Assembly (NCBI GenBank): GCA_964016885.1
Contig: CAXHJY010000096.1
Location: 930,001-994,000 of the forward strand
Length of the DNA stretch: 64,000 nucleotides
Direction: 5' to 3'
DNA from: Eledone cirrhosa
Lineage: Eukaryota
Position 1 is the first letter of the stretch; every line of letters starts with the position of its first letter. Below, piece by piece: positions 51,890-63,800 of this stretch. The notes beneath the pieces were generated by a model. That model was not told the DNA's origin. It was given only the letters and a program-made list of their open reading frames with translations, and did no database searches. Both the position numbers and the translations under genes were made by a program.

Positions 51890-54800
51890 TCAGGGGGAGA
51901 TAATTTGTAAAAAAAATCAAGGGGAGATAATTTCCAGCCGTCCAAGGGGAGATAATTTTCAGCCGTCCAAGGGGAGATAATTTCCCGCCAGCCAAGGGAA
52001 GATAATATTCAAAAAAATCAGGCGGAGATAATTTGTAAAAAAAATCAGGGGGAGATAATTTGTAAAAAAATCAGGGGGAGATAATTTGTAAAAAAAAAAA
52101 TCAGGGGGAGATAATTTGTAAAAAAAATCAGGGGGAGATAATTTGTAAAAAAAAATCAGGGGTAGATAATTTGTAAAAAAAAATCAGGGGGAGATAATTT
52201 GTAAAAAAAAATCAGGGGGAGATAATTTGTAAAAAAAATGAAAGGGGAGATAATATCCAGCCGTCCAAGGGGAGATAATTTCCAGCCGTCCAAGGGGAGA
52301 TAATTTCCAGCCGTCCAAGGGGAGATAATTTCCATCCTTCCAAGGGGATATAATTTCCAGCCGTCCAAGGGGAGATAATTTCCATCCTTCCAAGGGGATA
52401 TAATTTCCAGCCGTCCAAGGGGAGATAATTTTCAGCCGTCCAAGGATAGGTAATTTCTAGCCGTCCAAGGAGAGATAATTTCCAGCCGTCCAAGGGGAGA
52501 TAATTTCCAGCCGTCCAAGGGGAGATAATTTCCAGCCGTCCAAGGAGACATATTTTCCAGCCGTCCAAGGAGAGGTAATTCCTAGCCGTCCAAGGGGAGA
52601 TAAATTCCAGCCTCCAAGGGGAGATAATTTCCAGCCAGCCAAGGGGAGATAATTTGTAAAAAAAATCAGGGGGAGATAATTTGTAAAAAAAATCAGGGGG
52701 AGATAATTTGTAAAAAAAAATCAGGGGGAGATAATTTGTAAAAAATAATCAGGGGGAGATAATTTGTAAAAAAAATCAAGGGGAGATAATTTCCAGCCGT
52801 CCAAGGGGAGATAATTTTCAGCCGTCCAAGGGGAGATAATTTCCCGCCAGCCAAGGGAAGATAATATTTAAAAAAATTAGGCGGAGATAATTTGTAAAAA
52901 AAATCAGGGGGAGATAATTTGTAAAAAAATCAGGGGGAGATAATTTGTAAAAAAAATCAGGGGGAGATAATTTGTAAAAAAAATCAGGGGGAGATAATTT
53001 GTAAAAAAAAATCAGGGGGAGATAATTTGTAAAAAAAATCAAGGGGAGATAATTTCCAGCCGTCCAAGGGAAGATAATTTCCAGCCCTCCAAGGGGCTAT
53101 AATTTCCAGCGTCCAAGGGGAGATAATTTCCAGCCAGCGAAGGGGAGATAATTTTTTTTAAAAAATCATTGGGAGATTTGTAAAAAAAATCAGGGGGAGA
53201 TAATTTGTAAAAAAAATCAAGGGGAGATAATTTCCAGCCGTCCAAGGGGAGGTAATATCTAGCCGTCCAAGGGGAGATAATTTCCAGCCGTCCAAGGGGA
53301 GATAATTTCCAGCCGTCCAAGGGTAGATAATATCCAGCCGTCCAAGGACATATTTTCCAGCCGTCCAAGGAGAGGTAATTTCTAGCCGTCCAAGGGGAGA
53401 TAAATTCCAGCCTCCAAGGTGAGATAATTTCCAGCCAGCCAAGGGGAGATAATTTGTAAAAAAATCAGGGGGAGATAATTTGTAAAAAAAATCAGGGGGA
53501 GATAATTTGTAAAAAAAAATCAGGGGGAGATAATTTGTAAAAAAAAATCAGGGGGAGATAATTTGTAAAAAAAAATCAGGGGGAGATAATTTGTAAAAAA
53601 ATCAAGGGGAGATAATTTCCAGCCGTCCAAGGGGAGATAATTTTCAGCCGTCCAAGGGGAGATAATTTCCCGCCAGCCAAGGGAAGATAATATTTGAAAA
53701 AATCAGGCGGAGATAATTTGTAAAAAAAATCAGGGGGAGATAATTTGTAAAAAAATCAGGGGGAGATAATTTGTAAAAAAAAAATCAGGGCGAGATAATT
53801 TGTAAAAAGAATCAGGGGGAGATAATTTGTAAAAAAAAATCAGGGGTAGATAAATTGTAAAAAAAAATCAGGGGGAGATAATTTGTAAAAAAAATCAGGG
53901 GGAGATAATTTGTAAAAAAAATGAAAGGGGAGATAATATCCAGCCGTCCAAGGGGAGATAATTTCCAGCCGTCCAAGGGGAGATAATTTCCAGCCGTCCA
54001 AGGGGAGATAATTTCCATCCTTCCAAGGGGATATAATTTCCAGCCGTCCAAGGGGAGATAATTTCCCGCCAGCCAAGGGAAGATAATTTTTAAAAAAATC
54101 AGGCGGAGATTGTAAAAAAAATCAGGGGGGAGATAATTTGTAAAAAAATCAGGGGGAGATAATTTGTAAAAAAAAATCAGGGGGAGATAATTTGTAAAAA
54201 ATATTCAGGGGGAGATAATTTGTAAAAAAAATCAAGGGGAGATAATTTCCAGCCGTCCAAGGGGAGATAATTTCCCGCCAGCCAAGGGAAGATAATATTT
54301 AAAAAAATTAGGCGGAGATAATTTGTAAAAAAAATCAGGGGGAGATAATTTGTAAAAAAATCAGGGGGAGATAATTTGTAAAAAAAATCAGGGGGAGATA
54401 ATTTGTAAAAAAATTCATGGGGAGATAATTTGTAAAAAAAAATCAGGGGTAGATAATTTGTAAAAAAAAATCAGGGGGAGATAATTTGTAAAAAAAAATC
54501 AGGGGGAGATAATTTGTAAAAAAAATCAAGGGGAGATAATTTCCAGCCGTCCAAGGGGAGATAATTTTCAGCCGTCCAAGGAGAGGTAATTTCTAGCCGT
54601 CCAAGGGGAGATAATTTCCAGCCCTCCAAGGGGAGGTAATTTCCAGCCGTCCAAGGGGAGATAATTTAAAAAAAAAAATCAGTCGGAGATAATTTGTAAA
54701 AAAAATCAAGGGGAGATAATTTGCAGCCGTCCAAGGGGAGATAATTTTCAGTCGTCCAAGGAGAGGTAATTTCTAGCCGTCCAAGGGGAGATAATTGCCA

Positions 54801-57800
54801 GCCGTCCAAGGGGAGATAATTTCCAGCCGTCCAAGGGGAGATAATTTTTTTTAAAAAATCAGGCGGAGATAATTTGTAAAAAAAATCAGGGGGAGATAAT
54901 TTGTAAACAAAATCAGGGGGAGATAATTTGTAAAAAAAAATCAGGGGGAGATAATTTGTAAAAAAAATCATGGAGAGATAATTTCCAGCCGTCCAAGGTG
55001 AGATAATTTCCAGCCGTCCAAGGAGACATATTTTCCAGCCGTCCAAGGCGAGGTAATTTCTAGCCGTCCAAGGGGAGATAAATTCCAGCCTCCAAGGGGA
55101 GATAATTTCCAGCTAGCCAAGTGGAGATAATTTGTAAAAAAATCAGGGGGAGATAATTTGTAAAAAATATCAGGGAGATAATTTGTAAAAAAAAATCAGG
55201 GGGAGATAATTTGTAAAAAAAATCAGGGGGAGATAATTTGTAAAAAAAAATCAGGGGGAGATAATTTGTAAAAAAAATCAAGGGGAGATAATTTCCAGCC
55301 GTCCAAGGGGAGATAATTTTCAGCCGTCCAAGGGGAGATAATTTCCCGCCAGCCAAGGGAAGATAATATTTAAAAAAATCAGGCGGAGATAATTTGTAAA
55401 AAAAATCAGGGGGAGATAATTTGTAAAAAAATCAGGGGGAGATAATTTGTAAAAAAAAATCAGGGGGAGATAATTTGTAAAAAAAATCAGGGGGAGATAA
55501 TTTGTAAAAAAAAATCAGGGATAGATAATTTGTAAACAAAAATCAGGGGGAGATAATTTGTAAAAAAAAATCAGGGGGAGATAATTTGTAAAAAAAATGA
55601 AAGGGGAGATAATATCCAGCCGTCCAAGGGGAGATAATTTCCAGCCGTCCAAGGGGATATAATTTCCAGCCGTCCAAGGGGAGATAATTTCCATCCTTCC
55701 AAGGGGATATAATTTCCAGCCGTCCAAGGGGAGATAATTTCCCGCCAGCCAAGGGAAGATAATTTTTAAAAAAATCAGGCGGAGATTGTAAAAAAAATCA
55801 GGGGGGAGATAATTTGTAAAAAAATCAGGGGGAGATAATTTGTAAAAAATAATCAGCGGGAGATAATTTGTAAAAAAATTCAAGGGGAGATAATTTCCAG
55901 CCGTCCAAGGGGAGATAATTTCCCGCCAGCCAAGGGAAGATAATATTTAAAAAAATTAGGCGGAGATAATTTGTAAAAAATATCAGGGGGAGATAATTTG
56001 TAAAAAAATCAGGGGGAGATAATTTGTAAAAAAAATCAGGGGGAGATAATTTGTAAAAAAAATCATGGGGAGATAATTTGTAAAAAAAAATCAGGGGTAG
56101 ATAATTTGTAAAAAAAAATCAGGGGGAGATAATTTGTAAAAAAAAATCAGGGGGAGATAATTTGTAAAAAAAATCAAGGGGAGATAATATCCAGCCGTCC
56201 AAGGAGAGATAATTTTTAAAAAAAATGAGGCGGGGATAATTTGTAAAAAAAAAATCAGGGGGAGTTAATTTGTAAAAAAAAATGAGGGGGAGATAATTTG
56301 TAAAAAAAATCAAGGGGAGATAATTTCCAGCCGTCCAAGGGGAGATAATTTTCAGCCGTCCAAGGAGAGGTAATTTCTAGCCGTCCAAGGGGAGATAATT
56401 TCCAGCCGTCCAAGGGGAGGTAATTTCCAGCCGTCCAAGGGGAGATAATTTTTTAAAAAAAATCAGGCGGAGATAATTTGTAAAAAAAATCAAGGGGAGA
56501 TAATTTGCAGCCGTCCAAGGGGAGATAATTTTCAGTCGTCCAAGGAGAGGTAATTTCTAGCCGTCCAAGGGGAGATAATTTCCAGCCGTCCAAGGGGAGA
56601 TAATTTCCAGCCGTCCAAGGGGAGATAATTTTTTTTAAAAAATCAGGCGGAGATAATTTGTAAAAAAAATCAGGGGGAGATAATTTGTAAACAAAATCAG
56701 GGGGAGATAATTTGTAAAAAAAAATCAGGGGGAGATAATTTGTAAAAAAAATTAGGCGTAGATAATTTGTAAAAAAAAATCAGGGGGAGATAATTTGTAA
56801 AATAAAATCAGGGGGAGATAATTTGTTTAAAAAATCAAGGGGAGATAATTTGCAGCCGTCCAAGGGGAGATAATTTTCAGCCGTCCAAGGAGAGGTAATT
56901 TCTAGCCGTTCAAGGGGAGATAATTTCCAGCCGTCCAAGGGGAGATAATTTCCAGCCGTCAAAGGGGAGATAATTTTTTTTAAAAAATCAGGCGGAGATA
57001 ATTTGTAAAAAAAAATCAGGGGGAGATAATTCGTAAAAAAAAATCAGGGGGAGATAATTTGTAAAAAAAAATCAGGGGGAGATAATTTGTAAAAAAAATC
57101 AAGGGGAGATAATTTCCAGCCGTCCAAGGGGAGGTAATATCTAGCCGTCCAAGGGGAGATAATTTCCAGCCGTCCAAGGGGAGATAATTTCCAGCCGTCC
57201 AAGGGGAGATAATTTCCAGCCGTCCAAGGAGACATATTTTCCAGCCGTCCAAGGCGAGGTAATTTCTAGCCGTCCAAGGGGAGATTAATTCCAGCCTCCA
57301 AGGGGAGATAATTTCCAGCCAGCCAAGGGGAGATAATTTGTAAAAAAATCAGGGGGAGATAATTTGTAAAAAATATCAGGGAGATAATTTGTAAAAAAAA
57401 ATCAGGGGGAGATAATTTGTAAAAAAAATCAGGGGGAGATAATTTGTAAAAAAAAATCAGGGGGAGATAATTTGTAAAAAAAATCAAGGGGAGATAATTT
57501 CCAGCCGTCCAAGGGGAGATAATTTTCAGCCGTCCAAGGAGAGGTAATTTCTAACCGTCCGAGGAGAGATAATTTCCAGCCGTCCAAGGGGAGATAATTT
57601 CCAGCCGTCCAAGGGGAGATAATTTCCAGCCGTCCAAGGAGACATATTTTCCAGCCGTCCAAGGAGAGGTAATTTCTAGCCGTCCAAGGGGAGATAAATT
57701 CCAGCCTCCAAGGGGAGATAATTTCCAGCCAGCCAAGGGGAGATAATTTGTAAAAAAATCAGGGGGAGATAATTTGCAAAAAAAATCAGGGGGAGATAAT

Positions 57801-57990
57801 TTGTAAAAAAAATCAGGGGGAGATAATTTGTAAAAAATAATCAGGGGGAGATAATTTCCAGCCGTCCAAGGGAAGATAATTTCCAGCCCTCCAAGGGGCT
57901 ATAATTTCTAGTGTCCAAGGGGAGATAATTTCCAGCCAGCGAAGGGGAGATAATTTTTTTTAAAAAATCATTGGGAGATTTGTAAAAAAA
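51890..57990 (+). repeat. More diverged copy of ~39550-45620
   Basis: Same module order, with several private substitutions (~54200, 54623, 54683, 55114, 55521, 55857, 55981, 56235, 56803, 56961). Confidence 0.85.
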
Positions 57991-60900
57991 ATCAGGGGGA
58001 GATAATTTGTAAAAAAAATCAAGGGGAGATAATTTCCAGCCGTCCAAGGGGAGGTAATATCTAGCCGTCCAAGGGTAGATAATTTCCAGCCGTCCAACGG
58101 GAGATAATTTCCAGCCGTCCAAGGGTAGATAATATCCAGCCGCCCAAGGACATATTTTCCAGCCGTCCAAGGAGAGGTAATTTCTAGCCGTCCAAGGGGA
58201 GATAATTTCCAGCCGTCCAAGGGTAGATAATATCCAGCCGTCCAAGGACATATTTTCCAGCCGTCCAAGGAGAGGTAATTTCTAGCCGTCCAAGGGGAGA
58301 TAAATTCCAGCCTCCAAGGGGAGATAATTTCCAGCCAGCCAAGGGGAGATAATTTGTAAAAAAATCAGGGGGAGATAATTTGTAAAAAAAATCAGGGGGA
58401 GATAATTTGTAAAAAAAAATCAGGGGGAGATAATTTGTAAAAAAAAATCAGGGTGAGATAATTTGCAAAAAAAATCAGGGGGAGATAATTTGTAAAAGAA
58501 AATCAGGGGTAGATAATTTGTAAAAAAAAATCAGGGGGAGATAATTTGTAAAAAAAAATCAGGGGGAGATAATTTGTAAAAAAAATCAAGGGGAGATAAT
58601 TTCCAGCCGTCCAAGGAGAGATAATTTAAAAAAAAATCAGGCGGAGATAATTTGTAAAAAAAAATCAGGGGGAGATAATTTGTAAAAAAAATCAGGGGGA
58701 GATAATTTGTAAAAAAAAATCAGGGGTAGATAATTTGTAAAAAAAAATCAGGGGGAGATAATTTGTAAAAAAAAATCAGGAGGAGATAATTTGTAAAAAA
58801 AATCAAGGGGAGATAATTTCCAGCCGTCCAAGGAGAGATAATTTAAAAAAAAATCAGGCGGAGATAATTTGTAAAAAAAAATCAGGGGGAGATAATTTGT
58901 AAAAAAAAATCAGGGGGAGATAATTTGTAAAAAAAATCAAGGGGAGATAATTTCCAGCCGTCCAAGGGGAGATAATTTTCAGCCGTCCAAGGGGAGATAA
59001 TTTCCCGCCAGCCAAGGGAAGATAATATTCAAAAAAATCAGGCGGAGATAATTTGTAAAAAAAATCAGGGGGAGATAATTTGTAAAAAAATCAGGGGGAG
59101 ATAATTTGTAAAAAAAAAAATCAGGGGGAGATAATTTGTAAAAAAAATCAGGGGGAGATAATTTGTAAAAAAAATCAGGGGTAGATAATTTGTAAAAAAA
59201 AATCAGGGGGAGATAATTTGTAAAAAAAAATCAGGGGGAGATAATTTGTAAAAAAAATGAAAGGGGAGATAATATCCAGCCGTCCAAGGGGAGATAATTT
59301 CCAGCCGTCCAAGGGGAGATAATTTCCAGCCGTCCAAGGGGAGATAAATTCCATCCTTCCAAGGGGATATAATTTCCAGCCGTCCAAGGGGAGATAATTT
59401 CCATCCTTCCAAGGGGATATAATTTCCAGCCGTCCAAGGGGAGATAATTTTCAGCCGTCCAAGGAGAGGTAATTTCTAGCCGTCCAAGGAGAGATAATTT
59501 CCAGCCGTCCAAGGGGAGATAATTTCCAGCCGTCCAAGGGGAGATAATTTCCAGCCGTCCAAGGAGACATATTTTCCAGCCGTCCAAGGAGAGGTAATTC
59601 CTAGCCGTCCAAGGGGAGATAAATTCCAGCCTCCAAGGGGAGATAATTTCCAGCCAGCCAAGGGGAGATAATTTGTAAAAAAAATCAGGGGGAGATAATT
59701 TGTAAAAAAAATCAGGGGGAGATAATTTGTAAAAAAAAATCAGGGGTAGATAATTTGTAAAAAATAATCAGGGGGAGATAATTTGTAAAAAAAATCAAGG
59801 GGAGATAATTTCCAGCCGTCCAAGGGGAGATAATTTTCAGCCGTCCAAGGGGAGATAATTTCCCGCCAGCCAAGGGAAGATAATATTTAAAAAAATTAGG
59901 CGGAGATAATTTGTAAAAAAAATCAGGGGGAGATAATTTGTAAAAAAATCAGGGGGAGATAATTTGTAAAAAAAATCAGGGGGAGATAATTTGTAAAAAA
60001 AATCAGGGGGAGATAATTTGTAAAAAAAAATCAGGGGGAGATAATTTGTAAAAAAAATCAAGGGGAGATAATTTCCAGCCGTCCAAGGGAAGATAATTTC
60101 CAGCCCTCCAAGGGGCTATAATTTCCAGCGTCCAAGGGGAGATAATTTCCAGCCAGCGAAGGGGAGATAATTTTTTTAAAAAAATCATTGGGAGATTTGT
60201 AAAAAAAATCAGGGGGAGATAATTTGTAAAAAAAATCAAGGGGAGATAATTTCCAGCCGTCCAAGGGGAGGTAATATCTAGCCGTCCAAGGGGAGATAAT
60301 TTCCAGCCGTCCAAGGGGAGATAATTTCCAGCCGTCCAAGGGTAGATAATATCCAGCCGTCCAAGGACATATTTTCCAGCCGTCCAAGGAGAGGTAATTT
60401 CTAGCCGTCCAAGGGGAGATAAATTCCAGCCTCCAAGGTGAGATAATTTCCAGCCAGCCAAGGGGAGATAATTTGTAAAAAAATCAGGGGGAGATAATTT
60501 GTAAAAAAAATCAGGGGGAGATAATTTGTAAAAAAAAATCAGGGGGAGATAATTTGTAAAAAAAAATCAGGGGGAGATAATTTGTAAAAAAAAATCAGGG
60601 GGAGATAATTTGTAAAAAAATCAAGGGGAGATAATTTGTAAAAAGAATCAGGGGGAGATAATTTGTAAAAAAAAATCAGGGGTAGATAAATTGTAAAAAA
60701 AAATCAGGGGGAGATAATTTGTAAAAAAAATCAGGGGGAGATAATTTGTAAAAAAAATGAAAGGGGAGATAATATCCAGCCGTCCAAGGGGAGATAATTT
60801 CCAGCCGTCCAAGGGGAGATAATTTCCAGCCGTCCAAGGGGAGATAATTTCCATCCTTCCAAGGGGATATAATTTCCAGCCGTCCAAGGGGAGATAATTT

Positions 60901-63800
60901 CCCGCCAGCCAAGGGAAGATAATTTTTAAAAAAATCAGGCGGAGATTGTAAAAAAATCAGGGGGGAGATAATTTGTAAAAAAATCAGGGGAAGATAATTT
61001 GTAAAAAAAAATCAGGGGGAGATAATTTGTAAAAAATAATCAGGGGGAGATAATTTCCAGCCCTCCAAGGGGCTATAATTTCCAGTGTCCAAGGGGAGAT
61101 AATTTCCAGCCAGCGAAGGGGAGATAATTTTTTTTTAAAAATCATTGGGAGATTTGTAAAAAAAATCAGGGGGAGATAATTTGTAAAAAAAATCAAGGGG
61201 AGATAATTTCCAGCCGTCCAAGGGGAGGTAATATCTAGCCGTCCAAGGGTAGATAATTTCCAGCCGTCCAACGGGAGATAATTTCCAGCCGTCCAAGGGT
61301 AGATAATATCCAGCCGCCCAAGGACATATTTTCCAGCCGTCCAAGGAGAGGTAATTTCTAGCCGTCCAAGGGGAGATAATTTCCAGCCGTCCAAGGGTAG
61401 ATAATATCCAGCCGTCCAAGGACATATTTTCCAGCCGTCCAAGGAGAGGTAATTTCTAGCCGTCCAAGGGGAGATAAATTCCAGCCTCCAAGGGGAGATA
61501 ATTTCCAGCCAGCCAAGGGGAGATAATTTGTAAAAAAATCAGGGGGAGATAATTTGTAAAAAAAATCAGGGGGAGATAATTTGTAAAAAAAAATCAGGGG
61601 GAGATAATTTGTAAAAAAAAATCAGGGTGAGATAATTTGCAAAAAAAATCAGGGGGAGATAATTTGTAAAAAAAAATCAGGGGTAGATAATTTGTAAAAA
61701 AAAATCAGGGGGAGATAATTTGTAAAAAAAAATCAGGGGGAGATAATTTGTAAAAAAAATCAAGGGGAGATAATTTCCAGCCGTCCAAGGAGAGATAATT
61801 TAAAAAAAAATCAGGCGGAGATAATTTGTAAAAAAAAATCAGGGGGAGATAATTTGTAAAAAAAATCAGGGGGAGATAATTTGTAAAAAAAAATCAGGGG
61901 TAGATAATTTGTAAAAAAAAATCAGGGGGAGATAATTTGTAAAAAAAAATCAGGAGGAGATAATTTGTAAAAAAAATCAAGGGGAGATAATTTCCAGCCG
62001 TCCAAGGAGAGATAATTTAAAAAAAAATCAGGCGGAGATAATTTGTAAAAAAAAATCAGGGGGAGATAATTTGTAAAAAAAAATCAGGGGGAGATAATTT
62101 GTAAAAAAAATCAAGGGGAGATAATTTCCAGCCGTCCAAGGGGAGATAATTTTCAGCCGTCCAAGGGGAGATAATTTCCCGCCAGCCAAGGGAAGATAAT
62201 ATTCAAAAAAATCAGGCGGAGATAATTTGTAAAAAAAATCAGGGGGAGATAATTTGTAAAAAAATCAGGGGGAGATAATTTGTAAAAAAAAAAATCAGGG
62301 GGAGATAATTTGTAAAAAAAATCAGGGGGAGATAATTTGTAAAAAAAATCAGGGGTAGATAATTTGTAAAAAAAAATCAGGGGGAGATAATTTGTAAAAA
62401 AAAATCAGGGGGAGATAATTTGTAAAAAAAATGAAAGGGGAGATAATATCCAGCCGTCCAAGGGGAGATAATTTCCAGCCGTCCAAGGGGAGATAATTTC
62501 CAGCCGTCCAAGGGGAGATAATTTCCATCCTTCCAAGGGGATATAATTTCCAGCCGTCCAAGGGGAGATAATTTCCATCCTTCCAAGGGGATATAATTTC
62601 CAGCCGTCCAAGGGGAGATAATTTTCAGCCGTCCAAGGAGAGGTAATTTCTAGCCGTCCAAGGAGAGATAATTTCCAGCCGTCCAAGGGGAGATAATTTC
62701 CAGCCGTCCAAGGGGAGATAATTTCCAGCCGTCCAAGGAGACATATTTTCCAGCCGTCCAAGGAGAGGTAATTCCTAGCCGTCCAAGGGGAGATAAATTC
62801 CAGCCTCCAAGGGGAGATAATTTCCAGCCAGCCAAGGGGAGATAATTTGTAAAAAAAATCAGGGGGAGATAATTTGTAAAAAAAATCAGGGGGAGATAAT
62901 TTGTAAAAAAAAATCAGGGGTAGATAATTTGTAAAAAATAATCAGGGGGAGATAATTTGTAAAAAAAATCAAGGGGAGATAATTTCCAGCCGTCCAAGGG
63001 GAGATAATTTTCAGCCGTCCAAGGGGAGATAATTTCCCGCCAGCCAAGGGAAGATAATATTTAAAAAAATTAGGCGGAGATAATTTGTAAAAAAAATCAG
63101 GGGGAGATAATTTGTAAAAAAATCAGGGGGAGATAATTTGTAAAAAAAATCAGGGGGAGATAATTTGTAAAAAAAATCAGGGGGAGATAATTTGTAAAAA
63201 AAAATCAGGGGGAGATAATTTGTAAAAAAAATCAAGGGGAGATAATTTCCAGCCGTCCAAGGGAAGATAATTTCCAGCCCTCCAAGGGGCTATAATTTCC
63301 AGCGTCCAAGGGGAGATAATTTCCAGCCAGCGAAGGGGAGATAATTTTTTTTAAAAAATCATTGGGAGATTTGTAAAAAAAATCAGGGGGAGATAATTTG
63401 TAAAAAAAATCAAGGGGAGATAATTTCCAGCCGTCCAAGGGGAGGTAATATCTAGCCGTCCAAGGGGAGATAATTTCCAGCCGTCCAAGGGGAGATAATT
63501 TCCAGCCGTCCAAGGGTAGATAATATCCAGCCGTCCAAGGACATATTTTCCAGCCGTCCAAGGAGAGGTAATTTCTAGCCGTCCAAGGGGAGATAAATTC
63601 CAGCCTCCAAGGTGAGATAATTTCCAGCCAGCCAAGGGGAGATAATTTGTAAAAAAATCAGGGGGAGATAATTTGTAAAAAAAATCAGGGGGAGATAATT
63701 TGTAAAAAAAAATCAGGGGGAGATAATTTGTAAAAAAAAATCAGGGGGAGATAATTTGTAAAAAAAAATCAGGGGGAGATAATTTGTAAAAAAATCAAGG
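57870..63800 (+). repeat. Near-tandem higher-order duplication, offset ~3174 bp
   Basis: ORF pairs at 59175/62349, 59837/63011 and 60058/63232. Confidence 0.78.

Noticed and set aside
509-63635. Numerous minus-strand ORFs of 60-230 aa (LDGWKLSPLGRLEIISPWTAGNYLP / DFFYKLSPP repeats)
   Set aside because: The reverse complement of canonical monomer A has no stop codon in any frame and that of B has only one TGA, so ORFs arise automatically. They overlap in all three frames, mostly use non-ATG starts, and are frameshifted by 25-bp units and variable A-tracts. There is no evidence of coding constraint.
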